44,661 bases of DNA. Source: a virus. Its lineage: Duplodnaviria > Caudoviricetes. The stretch lies in IMG/VR virus record IMGVR_UViG_3300032070_000010, positions 1 through 44,661 of that record; one strand, given 5' to 3'. A model generated the notes under the pieces. That model made no database searches. It was given only the letters and a program-made list of their open reading frames with translations, and was not told the origin of the DNA. Positions 1 through 9,626 of this stretch are shown here, one piece after another (the stretch's first letter is position 1; every line of letters starts with the position of its first letter). A program made the translations under genes and the position numbers.

Positions 1-127
1 GGAAGGTTTTTCATTTTCGCATTTACAATTTTTACAAGATTCGCATGTCTGTTCTATAACAGTATTGTTATTCGCAAGTCCACAACCTCTCTTGTCATCA
101 CACGCACCTTTTATGCAGGTTGTTAAC
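1..127. repeat. Terminal direct repeat, left copy (circular contig overlap)
   Basis: Bases 1-127 are identical to 44535-44661. 127 is a common assembler k-mer and an ORF reads through the junction. Confidence 0.95.
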
Positions 128-834
128 GCCTTTGGTATGATATCGCATAGGGATACTACCGTTTCATCTCCTTTAAATCCATAGTCCTCTCTATCTTCTT
201 GATTCAACGAACTAACATGCACCGCTTTTGGTGTTGCATTGAGTGCTACGCTTACATTCGGTATTTTATTTGCTTTCTCACATATGTCAATGAAAGACCG
301 CCACGATTTATATTTTTCAGATTTTTTATATATATTTACATCCATTGTTATTTCTTTTGTTTTATCATTTGCTTGAGCATTGCTCTGATAACCTATAATA
401 TAGTCAAGATTCTCACGTTTAAATGGGGGTGAATTATCAGGATATGAAGTTCCAAGATGGCTATAATCGTGAAGTGTTCCGTTCCACTGGTCTAGTGATT
501 TTTTAAGTTCAGAGTAAGACATGAAGTATCCGTTCATCATCCTATTGCCAACTACTGCGGTTGCTCTCAGTGTTACCCAATCGTCTGTTTCTTTCATTTT
601 ATTTTGTTTTGTTTCTGTATCCAACACTTGGCTATTATCCAATATTTGCAATTGAAAGGTGAAATTAAATTCAAGTTGTTTTCCAGTATATTGAGTGCCA
701 TGTTTTTTATGTTGTTCATACATACCATGACACGATGCTGATGCTTCGTCTGGTGATTTTCCCTCTGCTATCCGAATGGGAACACACCTTTTAACGTAAT
801 CTTCCTCACTTTCACCTTCTTTTATTTCTGGCAT
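1..834 (-). CDS. Prohead maturation protease (DUF2213-like), 5' part; continues across the junction at 44534-44442 (308 aa in total)
   Basis: Missing from the ORF track because it spans the contig end. Manual translation gives MPEIKEGESEEDYVKRCV...WNGTLHDYSH...NVSV...KGACDDKRGCG. It has a GACxxxxGCG motif and lies immediately upstream of the major capsid gene. Confidence 0.75.
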   Translation of the reverse strand, partial: MPEIKEGESEEDYVKRCVPIRIAEGKSPDEASASCHGMYEQHKKHGTQYTGKQLEFNFTFQLQILDNSQVLDTETKQNKMKETDDWVTLRATAVVGNRMMNGYFMSYSELKKSLDQWNGTLHDYSHLGTSYPDNSPPFKRENLDYIIGYQSNAQANDKTKEITMDVNIYKKSEKYKSWRSFIDICEKANKIPNVSVALNATPKAVHVSSLNQEDREDYGFKGDETVVSLCDIIPKALTTCIKGACDDKRGCGLANNNTVIEQTCESCKNCKCENEKPS

Positions 835-839
835 AATAA

Positions 840-1349
840 TCACTTTTTTACACTTCTTGTTGCAATCTGAGATAGTCTCTGTTGTTGGATTGTTTTAACA
901 TGAACTGATTCTGCAAATGATACCGTTCCTTCTTGGATAGTTCCATCTTTTATTTGTTTTGCTGTAACATCCTTTGAATCCATCCAGACGTTAACATGCC
1001 ATTTCTCAGGCGGTTTAACGTATGGCTTTATCAATGCACGGATTTCATCAGCATCTTTCAATATTTCATCTAGGATGTAGAAAAATTGGTCACGCCATGC
1101 GGTATCTTTGTAAATAAACCATAGAAATAATTCAACTAACTCGAGTTGTATTATTTTCTGATGGTCGCACTTTACAAATTCTGCGGTTTCCATATTCAAC
1201 TTTGCTAAATACTGTATTCCAAGATTTCCACAGTTCATCATATCATCGTGTATGGCTTTAGCATTCGCTTGTTCACCAAGTTTTTTTCGGAGTAGCCATA
1301 CTCCCCATTTTATGATTCTCTTGTTCGGCTCAGATGATTGAATGTTCAT
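840..1349 (-). CDS. Hypothetical protein in the head module
   Basis: 169-aa ORF tightly packed in the minus-strand operon; no motif recognised. Confidence 0.8.
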   Translation of the reverse strand: MNIQSSEPNKRIIKWGVWLLRKKLGEQANAKAIHDDMMNCGNLGIQYLAKLNMETAEFVKCDHQKIIQLELVELFLWFIYKDTAWRDQFFYILDEILKDADEIRALIKPYVKPPEKWHVNVWMDSKDVTAKQIKDGTIQEGTVSFAESVHVKTIQQQRLSQIATRSVKK

Positions 1350-1351
1350 GT

Positions 1352-1900
1352 TTACGCCTTGTCAGTTTTCAACACAGATTCAAATTCTTTTTCTAGTGCT
1401 TTCTTTTCAGCATCCTCTAATTCTTTATTTGTGTTCCTAATTCCAGAGACACTTTTAATTTGATAATCTTTAACTTTTTCACTAAGTAGTTTAGACACAC
1501 GTATGACACACTCGATATACTCATCCCTTCGATGTTCGAGACTAGCCATGATTCCCTGTTTTGCGAGTTCTAAACCGCCTATTTCTTCATCAAAGTGTTT
1601 CATCACTTTTTCTTTATTTGATTCAGCGTGTGATATTGCACGAGAGATTTGAATCATAACTGGTAGAGAAATCTCCCCTTTTGCTACCTGTTCACGCCTG
1701 ATTTTTAACATTTTAATCGCAGCATCATACTGTGATTTTTGTTTAACTAATGAACCGTAAGTGTTGTTTAAATCCACCATCTCTTGAAGTCGTTGACCGT
1801 CATATTGAGAGAGTGGTGCTATGTCTGTTGGTGATGGTGCTACCTGGGTTGGTGTAACGGTGAGTTTCGGTTTGCTCTTGTTCTGATTTTTGTTACTCAT
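1352..1900 (-). CDS. Prefoldin-like coiled-coil protein
   Basis: Long helix, then a short beta-type segment (LPVMIQISRAISH), then NKEKVMKHFDEEIGGLELAK helix. This pattern resembles the archaeal prefoldin beta subunit. GGTGA RBS. Confidence 0.5.
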   Translation of the reverse strand: MSNKNQNKSKPKLTVTPTQVAPSPTDIAPLSQYDGQRLQEMVDLNNTYGSLVKQKSQYDAAIKMLKIRREQVAKGEISLPVMIQISRAISHAESNKEKVMKHFDEEIGGLELAKQGIMASLEHRRDEYIECVIRVSKLLSEKVKDYQIKSVSGIRNTNKELEDAEKKALEKEFESVLKTDKA

Positions 1901-2083
1901 TTATTTCACCAACTTTGTTATTGCATCTTTCAGCAATACAAATTGTTGTTTGGTTAGTTCAACGAAGTTTCCATTATCTGTGGTTATTTTGTATTTCTTG
2001 CCTTTTTTCGCTACCGATGGGCAACACCGCCCTGGTTGTCTACACAACTGTATGGTTTCCATACTTACATTTCTCCTTGAGAT

Positions 2084-2509
2084 TTATTTACTTTTTCCTA
2101 TAACTTTACCAAAGAAAACTGAATTTATAATTTCATCTAATCCGTCTAATGCTTGAAGTGCTGCGGGTCGCATGAATGGTCTATATGCTGCTTTTCCGCT
2201 TGTGCTGATAACTGCATTTGGATTTTCTTCATCACCAACTGGCATGAAGTAGCATCCAAATTCATTATAATATGCATAGTCCTTTCCAGAACTGTTTACG
2301 GGGTCACACACAACTCGATATCCCTGTTCGTCTGGTTCAACTCGAATATCTTCTTCCATAGTTCCAGTATCTTCGGGTGCAAGTTCGAATGCACGTTCTG
2401 CTACCTTATCAGCAAGTTTTTTTAAGACCTGCTCTGCTTTCTTCTCACTAGAAATATCTTTGAGAAATTCAATTAATTCGTCTGCACCATCAACTCTAAC
2501 TGTTACCAT
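2084..2509 (-). CDS. HK97 gp10-like tail completion/neck protein
   Basis: Motifs VRVDGADELI, APEDTGTM..DI, YAYYNEFG and RPFMRPA. Confidence 0.8.
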   Translation of the reverse strand: MVTVRVDGADELIEFLKDISSEKKAEQVLKKLADKVAERAFELAPEDTGTMEEDIRVEPDEQGYRVVCDPVNSSGKDYAYYNEFGCYFMPVGDEENPNAVISTSGKAAYRPFMRPAALQALDGLDEIINSVFFGKVIGKSK

Positions 2510-2510
2510 T

Positions 2511-4007
2511 TTATAACTTTTCCTGTTCTTTCAGAATTTCTTCTCCGATTTCTCTCTCTTTCTTTGCTTGTAATTCACGTAAATCGTTTAATGCTTTAAT
2601 CATTTCAATTTCATCATTTGTCATTTCCCGAGTAACTGGTTTTACCAATCTACTAGGGGGTTCTGGTCGTTGTGGTTCTGATGGGTTTTTTGGCGGTGGA
2701 ACATTCGGATTATCTTGAGCCACAGGTAATGGTTTTTCCTCTGGCTCATCATCGGGGTCTAATTCAACATTTCCCTCATTTATCATTCTCCTTGCCTCCC
2801 GAACAGATATTATTGGTGGGTTTGAACTTCTTGCATTAACCGCAGCAGCAGTTCTTTTCCCTAATAGTTCCGCCTCTGCCATCTCATCGATGTAAGTTAT
2901 TTCCCATTCTATTTCAAAATTACTGAAATCCCTGTCGTTTGCTTCTGCAAGTAATTTATATAATCGTAATAGATGTGGAGTGTAAACTAATTCTTGATTA
3001 TCTTTAATGTCTCGGTAATAATCTGCAAAACCTATCTCTGCACCAGTTACTCTACCCATCTCTATTCCGAGAAGAACTTGACGTGGTATAATCAACGCTG
3101 CTGCTATAGCCTCTGATATATGGTCGTAATACTGTTGCGGTTGAATCGCAGATGGATTTGTTACCTCTAATTTATATTTCTCAGAGAATGCGAAATAGTT
3201 CGGATGTTCTTTCATCAATGCCAATGCTTTAGTTCTCTCGCTCTTTTGCATTCCCTGTTTTGTTAGAACTTGTGTTCCGTGTGAGAACCACTTTAAAATT
3301 TCTCCAGTTGCTATGTCTATATCAGCACTGGATATAAGAATATTTTGTAATATATCTACCTTTGATACGCCAAAGTAATCGAAAGGTAAATCAACGGTTT
3401 TAATGTGAATTAATCTATCTGGGTGAATCCATTTGTCCTCAGATTTTTTTGAATTAATATAATGATAATAATATTGTTTTGAATCGTCATCTTTCCTTTT
3501 ATATTCAGTAATATTCTCTGAATTTAAAAGTATTAAATCCAACGGTATTGATTTCTCTGGAACTTCCTGTTCTAGTTTTTTCTCACCGTTATTATTTGGT
3601 TCATAAAATTTTATTAATATATATCCATCTCCCCAAATATCGGCACAGATTCCCGCAGTTCTGAATTTTCTCTTTATCTCAGTTGTTGTTTCAAAATGCT
3701 TAATTAAATTCAAATCCGCTATTGGTATTTTAATCCCATCTGCACGTTTGAATTTAAACCAAGCACGGAAAGTATCGGAGTTCTTTTTTATTGTTCCCTT
3801 CATAAACAATGATGATTGTAGTGCCAATTGCCGTCTTTTTTCTGGAGAAAGTCCACCAGAATATTTAGACCGCATAGAACTATAATCTTCTGGATTTGAT
3901 AAGTCATCTTCAACCGTCTTAACTTCTTTTGCTTTCTCAACTTCTTTTACTGTTTTCTTAATGAATTTTATGTTGAAGTCACTTATTCGGTCACCAATTG
4001 TTGCCAT
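2511..4007 (-). CDS. Portal protein
   Basis: 498 aa directly after the terminase; IWGDGYILI, WIHPDRLIH, IPRQVLLG, ISVREAR and a Pro-rich tail. Confidence 0.85.
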   Translation of the reverse strand: MATIGDRISDFNIKFIKKTVKEVEKAKEVKTVEDDLSNPEDYSSMRSKYSGGLSPEKRRQLALQSSLFMKGTIKKNSDTFRAWFKFKRADGIKIPIADLNLIKHFETTTEIKRKFRTAGICADIWGDGYILIKFYEPNNNGEKKLEQEVPEKSIPLDLILLNSENITEYKRKDDDSKQYYYHYINSKKSEDKWIHPDRLIHIKTVDLPFDYFGVSKVDILQNILISSADIDIATGEILKWFSHGTQVLTKQGMQKSERTKALALMKEHPNYFAFSEKYKLEVTNPSAIQPQQYYDHISEAIAAALIIPRQVLLGIEMGRVTGAEIGFADYYRDIKDNQELVYTPHLLRLYKLLAEANDRDFSNFEIEWEITYIDEMAEAELLGKRTAAAVNARSSNPPIISVREARRMINEGNVELDPDDEPEEKPLPVAQDNPNVPPPKNPSEPQRPEPPSRLVKPVTREMTNDEIEMIKALNDLRELQAKKEREIGEEILKEQEKL

Positions 4008-5377
4008 TACGTAGCCCTCCGTAATCTTCCTAATCTATCTTTAAATGTTCCACAACCAAACATTGTTTCGTCTGGTATTGGATTATAATCCGTAAGTGCA
4101 TAACGCAATGCATCACAAGCATGGTCGTCATCCTTTAATGGAATATCGTTATCTGCATTTTTATATCGGTAAGATTGAATGCTGCGAATTAAATTTGTGC
4201 ATGAACTGTGAATAGTAATCCGATGGTCTGCTTTAAATGTTGATTGAAGTTTTGCGATTCCTGGTGCTACTGCGTTGTTTGCGTATGATTTAACTTCGTT
4301 GTTATCAAATTTACCTATTGGAACTCCCAAATCGAATGCTTGTTTAACCAAATCGGCAGCACTTGGGTCGCAGTAAACCTTAGAAAAGCCATATTTTAAA
4401 TGTAACTTTTTAATAATTGCTGCAATCTCAAATGATGTTTTTTCAGATTCGTAAAATTCACTGATAACGAAAAGCGTATTTGCCTTCGTTCTCATCAATA
4501 CGAGAATGCATGTTGGGTCACGAATACCGAAATCTACCCCTGCGAAGTAACGGTCAATCCCTGGAACATTCTTCAGGTCTTGGTCGAAATCACGGACATG
4601 CTTATCGGTGTTGAACATCTTATAGATTTGCCCAGAGAACGCACCCCAATGCCCCTCTAAATATCTTCGCACCCAATCGGGGTCATATCGTGCTTCCATG
4701 CTCTTAATGTATTCTTCATAATTTGGGATAAGAATATTATCATACGTGTTTGTATCTACCGCAAAATACCCAGGTTTCTTATCCATATAAAAATACTGAT
4801 AAATCCAATGATTCTCCGCCCCTGGATTTGTGGCGAGTAATCCGAAGTGAAACGGCATATTCTTGTCTCGTAAACGTGCCATCAATTGCTTAAAAACGTC
4901 TGCTTTCATTTCAATCGGCTCATCGAGTTCGAACCAATCTAAATTACGCCCCTTTAGTTTTTCAGCATCCTCACATGCACGAAACATTATTTCAGAACCG
5001 TTATAAAATGTAATATTCATCTTTCCAGGTGATATTGTGTGTTGTGCTATCTGGATTGGTATATTATTATCATTTAAAATGCGTTGATAACCATCTATCT
5101 CGTCAATGAAGGTTTGAAATATAACATCCTTCAATTGTGTGTATGATAGAGAACCAACAAGTCCTTTAGCACCTGGATAATCAAGCGATGCCTTTATACC
5201 AACTTGTGCTAGAAGCAGGGTTTTTCCCGCACCGTATGCACCACTGTATAAACCGTAGTTGTTTAACGGTTTGCCGTTCTCACCTAAATTCTCTTGGAAA
5301 ATAAGGTCGAACACTTGCTTTTGTTTTGGCAAGAATTGGCGTGGTCTACATAAAATAATTTCTTTTTCTTCAGTCAT
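4007..5377 (-). CDS. terL: Terminase large subunit
   Basis: Walker A GAYGAGKT, Walker B FELDE, ATNP, nuclease motifs GVDFG, YCDPS and DDHACDALRY. Start moved to the ATG at 5377. Confidence 0.95.
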   Translation of the reverse strand: MTEEKEIILCRPRQFLPKQKQVFDLIFQENLGENGKPLNNYGLYSGAYGAGKTLLLAQVGIKASLDYPGAKGLVGSLSYTQLKDVIFQTFIDEIDGYQRILNDNNIPIQIAQHTISPGKMNITFYNGSEIMFRACEDAEKLKGRNLDWFELDEPIEMKADVFKQLMARLRDKNMPFHFGLLATNPGAENHWIYQYFYMDKKPGYFAVDTNTYDNILIPNYEEYIKSMEARYDPDWVRRYLEGHWGAFSGQIYKMFNTDKHVRDFDQDLKNVPGIDRYFAGVDFGIRDPTCILVLMRTKANTLFVISEFYESEKTSFEIAAIIKKLHLKYGFSKVYCDPSAADLVKQAFDLGVPIGKFDNNEVKSYANNAVAPGIAKLQSTFKADHRITIHSSCTNLIRSIQSYRYKNADNDIPLKDDDHACDALRYALTDYNPIPDETMFGCGTFKDRLGRLRRAT

Positions 5378-5462
5378 AATAAAACTCGAGTTTTTGTTGA
5401 CTGTTATGGATAAGCAATGTATCCTCAACCTATATACGACATATAGGAATTACGGTAATACC

Positions 5463-5711
5463 TTAATAATGTAAACCATATCTATTATCTTCTTGTTTCT
5501 TCTTTTTCTTCAAAAAACTCATTATTTCTCTATCCTGTGCAGAATTTCCAATTTTACGGTTCTCATGTGTGTTTTCATATTTATCTTTTGCCCTTCTTTT
5601 TGCTATATCGGTATCTCGACACGTTGAACAATATTCAGAACGATTCTCATTCCACGCAGGGTAGAAAATCTTTCCACACTTCGGATTTTTACAGCGTTTC
5701 ACACTTCCCAC
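5463..5711 (-). CDS. Small zinc-finger protein
   Basis: CKNPKCG...YCSTC. Confidence 0.7.
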   Translation of the reverse strand: MGSVKRCKNPKCGKIFYPAWNENRSEYCSTCRDTDIAKRRAKDKYENTHENRKIGNSAQDREIMSFLKKKKKQEDNRYGLHY

Positions 5712-5713
5712 CC

Positions 5714-6382
5714 CTAAATTGATTTTGTAGAATCTTTCACGTAGTTCTCTAATCGTTTGTGTAACTGTTCGAGGATTTGACAGTCCTTTTTATTGTGGTC
5801 CAACACATACGCAAGTGCCACAGGGTCGCCCAATTTTGCTTTCATCCAAAAGTTTCCCTTAATGTGATTCTTTCCTTTAATACCAAGAGCAGCACAGGCA
5901 GAATCAAGCGAATTTCTATGCAATCGCATTTTCATCTTTACCATGTAATAGCAATCCTTATGCTGCAATGCACCGAACTCGAGGAAGTCTAACTTGTGCA
6001 TCATTGCACGAGTTCGTATAAAAGGAACATCGAATTTAGTTCCATAATATGTGAGTATAACATCATATTCTTTCAATGCAACAATGAGTTCTTTTAATAT
6101 TCGTTTATCGAACTTATAGTTCTGAATATCCAGTGCGGATATGCAACCAGTTTTGTATTCGTTTTTATCTCGTGTTTTTATACACCATGTCAACATGTAA
6201 TCAAAGTTCGCTTGAAGTCCACCAGATTCTATATCAAGATAACCAATCCGTTTTTCTTTTCCTTTCTCTGTTAAATAACAGTTTGGATGTGATATATATT
6301 TATGATGGTGTCTACACGTTTGACTTGCCATTTTTATTAATTCTGTTTTACTAAACCCACTCAAATTAACCATTCTTTTCAT
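5714..6382 (-). CDS. DEDD / RNase H-like 3'-5' exonuclease (RNase_H_2, YprB-like)
   Basis: YLDIES, TYYGTKFDVPF, HKDCY, SLD..C..LGI and HNKKDC. Confidence 0.85.
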   Translation of the reverse strand: MKRMVNLSGFSKTELIKMASQTCRHHHKYISHPNCYLTEKGKEKRIGYLDIESGGLQANFDYMLTWCIKTRDKNEYKTGCISALDIQNYKFDKRILKELIVALKEYDVILTYYGTKFDVPFIRTRAMMHKLDFLEFGALQHKDCYYMVKMKMRLHRNSLDSACAALGIKGKNHIKGNFWMKAKLGDPVALAYVLDHNKKDCQILEQLHKRLENYVKDSTKSI

Positions 6383-6386
6383 CTCC

Positions 6387-6650
6387 TTACCCGAACATTT
6401 GGTCTTTATTTTCTTGTTTTTCCTTTACGTCATTTCCTTGTTTTCCGCCATTCATTTTTTGAATCGCATTTTCCAACATTCGTTCTACTTGATAGTGTTG
6501 TAAGTCTGCTTCCCGCATTCCCTCTAATATGGTTATTAACTGCAATTGAAGATGTGATAATTCTAGTTTTGTTATTGGTCTTAGGCATGTAAAATAAAAC
6601 CATACCTTTCTATACCACTTTGGCGTTCCATCAAATAATTTTGTTTTCAC
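6387..6650 (-). CDS. Hypothetical protein
   Basis: 87-aa ORF coupled to its neighbours. Confidence 0.7.
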   Translation of the reverse strand: MKTKLFDGTPKWYRKVWFYFTCLRPITKLELSHLQLQLITILEGMREADLQHYQVERMLENAIQKMNGGKQGNDVKEKQENKDQMFG

Positions 6651-7171
6651 TATACTTCATCACCTTCCATTGGAATTGTTTTTTGTTTTTCATCCGCTTT
6701 AAAAAACGGTTTCTTTACGATATCAGTTTGGATAACCTCTGGTGTTCCAAATTTTATTATAACTGTTTTTTTATCACTCGTTCTCTTTAGCATGTCTGCC
6801 TCTCGGAGAATCTTTTTTAGTTTTAACTTGCTCTCCTGTGTATCGTTCAATGCGGTGTTAAACTTCTGTCTATCCGAGGCGGTTGTTGCGTTGTCGAAAT
6901 CTTTTTCTAACTTTCTAATACGTTCATTTATTTTTATTATTTCTGGATTATCTTCATATTCTAGTCCACTGTCTGTTTCATTTATTGACGATACAACCTG
7001 TGGTGTATATTTATCATATAGGCTCTGTGCCGTTTGTTTCGATATATCAAATGAGAATCTTTCCTTTAATTTGTCTTTTAATCCCTGTGGACCGCCAATG
7101 TCTCCCTCGGTCATTAATTGTTTTGTTGCGTTTTCTATAACACCCATTTCTGCGTTTGTCCTTCTTGACAT
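6650..7171 (-). CDS. Possible terminase small subunit (HTH-like N-terminus plus coiled coil)
   Basis: LKERFSFDISKQTAQSLYDKY followed by a helical hairpin, upstream of terL. The function is inferred from position. Confidence 0.45.
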   Translation of the reverse strand: MSRRTNAEMGVIENATKQLMTEGDIGGPQGLKDKLKERFSFDISKQTAQSLYDKYTPQVVSSINETDSGLEYEDNPEIIKINERIRKLEKDFDNATTASDRQKFNTALNDTQESKLKLKKILREADMLKRTSDKKTVIIKFGTPEVIQTDIVKKPFFKADEKQKTIPMEGDEV

Positions 7172-7500
7172 TACTTCATCCCCCGTTGTTTAATTGCATT
7201 TGTTGTCATTTTTTCATATATTTTCATAAGTTCGGTATTTGTTAATTTCTCGTAAGATGATACAATGAGAACCGAATATTTTTCATTTGATACAGATTTC
7301 TCTGGGTCTACTTCATCTATTATGTCGTATTCAACTTTCTCAACGTGTATTGATAGTGTTTGTAATCGTATGTCCAATCTCTTTAAGAACGTGTGAATAA
7401 CCATCGCAACTTCATCTAAGTTCAAATCACTAAATATGTTCTTTTCTATTCTGCTCAGAGATTTCCCCCCTGTTTTGCTCGAATAAGACGTTTTATGCAT
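7171..7500 (-). CDS. Hypothetical protein
   Basis: 109-aa ORF in the operon. Confidence 0.7.
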   Translation of the reverse strand: MHKTSYSSKTGGKSLSRIEKNIFSDLNLDEVAMVIHTFLKRLDIRLQTLSIHVEKVEYDIIDEVDPEKSVSNEKYSVLIVSSYEKLTNTELMKIYEKMTTNAIKQRGMK

Positions 7501-7691
7501 ATAATACGCCCATCTAATTCAATAAATGGATATGACCTATTTGCAAATCTTGCGGTATCTATAACTACAGTGTGTTCTATATCAAATACTTTTAATCCGT
7601 GAAATATTCCAGACCCGTTTATTCGGTCTTGTTCACTTCTTATATGAACTACAACTTTTCTTCGTTGTTTTTTATTTTCCATTTTTACCAA
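7455..7691 (-). CDS. Hypothetical protein
   Basis: 78-aa ORF overlapping its neighbours. Confidence 0.6.
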   Translation of the reverse strand: MVKMENKKQRRKVVVHIRSEQDRINGSGIFHGLKVFDIEHTVVIDTARFANRSYPFIELDGRIICIKRLIRAKQGGNL

Positions 7692-7854
7692 CTCCGATAT
7701 TTTTATCCACCCAATCGTCTTGTTCTTTATATGTTGCGGGTGTTATTATATTCCACAATAATTGTGAATCACACACCACACACAATAGCGTTCCTTTCAC
7801 CCAAGTCATCTCTCGACCACATTTTACACACAATGGAATACTATTCTCTATCAT
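7672..7854 (-). CDS. Small Zn-ribbon protein
   Basis: CVKCG...CVVC. Confidence 0.7.
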   Translation of the reverse strand: MIENSIPLCVKCGREMTWVKGTLLCVVCDSQLLWNIITPATYKEQDDWVDKNIGVGKNGK

Positions 7855-8021
7855 AGTATGTCGTCACTCTCTCCATCATCCTGATTTCCACTTTCTCTCT
7901 TAATCCATTCCTTTCTAAAGTTTAAGTAACAGTATAGGCAACCGTGGTAAAGAACTCCCTCAAAGAACCAATGCTTCTCTCTAAGCATTTGCTTTCGACA
8001 GAGTGGACATATTTGTTTCAC
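7851..8021 (-). CDS. Small Zn-ribbon protein (56 aa, not in the ORF track)
   Basis: GTG start; MKQICPLCRKQ...GCLYC...DDIL*. Fills the gap exactly, with an ATGA overlap to the next gene. Confidence 0.65.
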   Translation of the reverse strand: MKQICPLCRKQMLREKHWFFEGVLYHGCLYCYLNFRKEWIKRESGNQDDGESDDIL

Positions 8022-9626
8022 TTAAACACCAACCTTTCCGTCTGGCTTAATGTGTATTATTTTTCGTTCTAAACAGTTTTTTACAAACTCGGCAGTAAAA
8101 CCATGTTCTGGTAATTGTTCGATAGTTAATTCATACTCGAACATTTCTAAACATGTTAATAATTGATTTATCCTATCTTCTTGAGATAAATCAAAATTTA
8201 TTTTTACTTTTGGAGTTTGTGTCTCAATTGATGTTGGTGACGGTCTTTGGTTACTATCATCATCTTTAAATTTAACATTTAAATAAATTTGTTTCTTTTG
8301 TCCATCTATGGTGATTCTGTCTGGTTCGCACCCTGGTAATGCATCCACTAATTTTTGTGTAAACCATTGGTCTGAAACCGCATGTAAATCGTGTTTTTTA
8401 CAATATTCTGTGAATTTTATACGCATGATATTTTTTAATTTGTAATCATCACAAGAATATTCGAGACAGTCTTGCACGAATGCCAACACTGGATTTGCCT
8501 TTCTATCATAATATCTCATTGCATCTGCTGTGGATGTATTGAATGAAACACGACCCTGTTTTTTTAATCTTTGCAGACCGATTAACGCCCAATTGAATAA
8601 ACCAGATAGTTCCTCTGGAGTTGCCAATTTGTTTGCATAATCAACGATTGTGTTTGGACCTCCCAATGGAAACTTATTTTGAAAGTCAATGAATATCAAT
8701 CTATTCCAAATACCGAGACTTCTATCCTTAATCGGTGGTGGTAAATTTGTTGCATATACGAATTTTGCGTGATTTAAAAAATCAAATGCATGTCCATACT
8801 TATACTGTCCGTTTAATATATCCATTCCAGATGCTCTCTTTAAGATTGTCGTATTTAGTGGTTCTGAGCCAATATCACCGCATATGTCAGCAGATTTTCC
8901 ATATAAGTATGCAAGTGCATACGGGTCATCTGAAAATTCTTGCGGTGCTTTTGTTGTAACATTTTCTTTTCCAATGAATGAAATCAATAGGTTTAATTCA
9001 GTTCCCTTTCCATTACGACCAGAGCCGATTAGAAAGAAAACATAATTATACATATATGTTGGATATAAGCAATAACCGAATATTTCTTGAACGAGTGGTA
9101 TCTCCTCTGGTTTATGAACATCACTAAAAAACTGTAAAATTTTTGGACATGTTGCATCCTTATTATAATCAAAATTCAATTTTCTCGTAAAATAGTAATC
9201 CTTACTATGTGGTATTGTTTCCAATGTTGATGTATTTACTATGCAATTCTTTAAATTAATTAGGTCGATATAACCATCCAATTTGTCTCTTTTTACTCTT
9301 ATTGCATAAAAGTTCTTTACGGCACTAACAACTTCCAGAACTTGGTGGGCTTTTGCGGTGTCTCCTAATACCCACTGTGCTATTGTTTTAATTCGTTGTT
9401 CACCGTTTTTTAAATATACACCATCTTTATAGTAAAGTATCTCTGAATCTTCAGAATCAATAACGAGATATCCTCTGTTTTCACCGCTTTGTGCGACACT
9501 ATCAAAGTCTTTAAACACTATATCTCCCGCAAGAACGCTTGGTAATACCTTTTCACCCTCCTTATAAATTTTAAGTTTCTTTTTTAATTCTTTTACAACT
9601 TCAACGATTTCGTTATCTTCTTCCAT
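8022..9626 (-). CDS. D5/P4-like superfamily 3 helicase (no primase domain)
   Basis: INLKNC..N...HSKDYYFT (D5_N-like), Walker A GSGRNGKGT, ATNLPP, WNRLIFIDF and a C-terminal wHTH-like region. Confidence 0.9.
   Translation of the reverse strand: MEEDNEIVEVVKELKKKLKIYKEGEKVLPSVLAGDIVFKDFDSVAQSGENRGYLVIDSEDSEILYYKDGVYLKNGEQRIKTIAQWVLGDTAKAHQVLEVVSAVKNFYAIRVKRDKLDGYIDLINLKNCIVNTSTLETIPHSKDYYFTRKLNFDYNKDATCPKILQFFSDVHKPEEIPLVQEIFGYCLYPTYMYNYVFFLIGSGRNGKGTELNLLISFIGKENVTTKAPQEFSDDPYALAYLYGKSADICGDIGSEPLNTTILKRASGMDILNGQYKYGHAFDFLNHAKFVYATNLPPPIKDRSLGIWNRLIFIDFQNKFPLGGPNTIVDYANKLATPEELSGLFNWALIGLQRLKKQGRVSFNTSTADAMRYYDRKANPVLAFVQDCLEYSCDDYKLKNIMRIKFTEYCKKHDLHAVSDQWFTQKLVDALPGCEPDRITIDGQKKQIYLNVKFKDDDSNQRPSPTSIETQTPKVKINFDLSQEDRINQLLTCLEMFEYELTIEQLPEHGFTAEFVKNCLERKIIHIKPDGKVGV

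Noticed and set aside
199-432. Plus-strand 77-aa ORF
   Set aside because: It is antisense to the protease gene that spans the contig junction.
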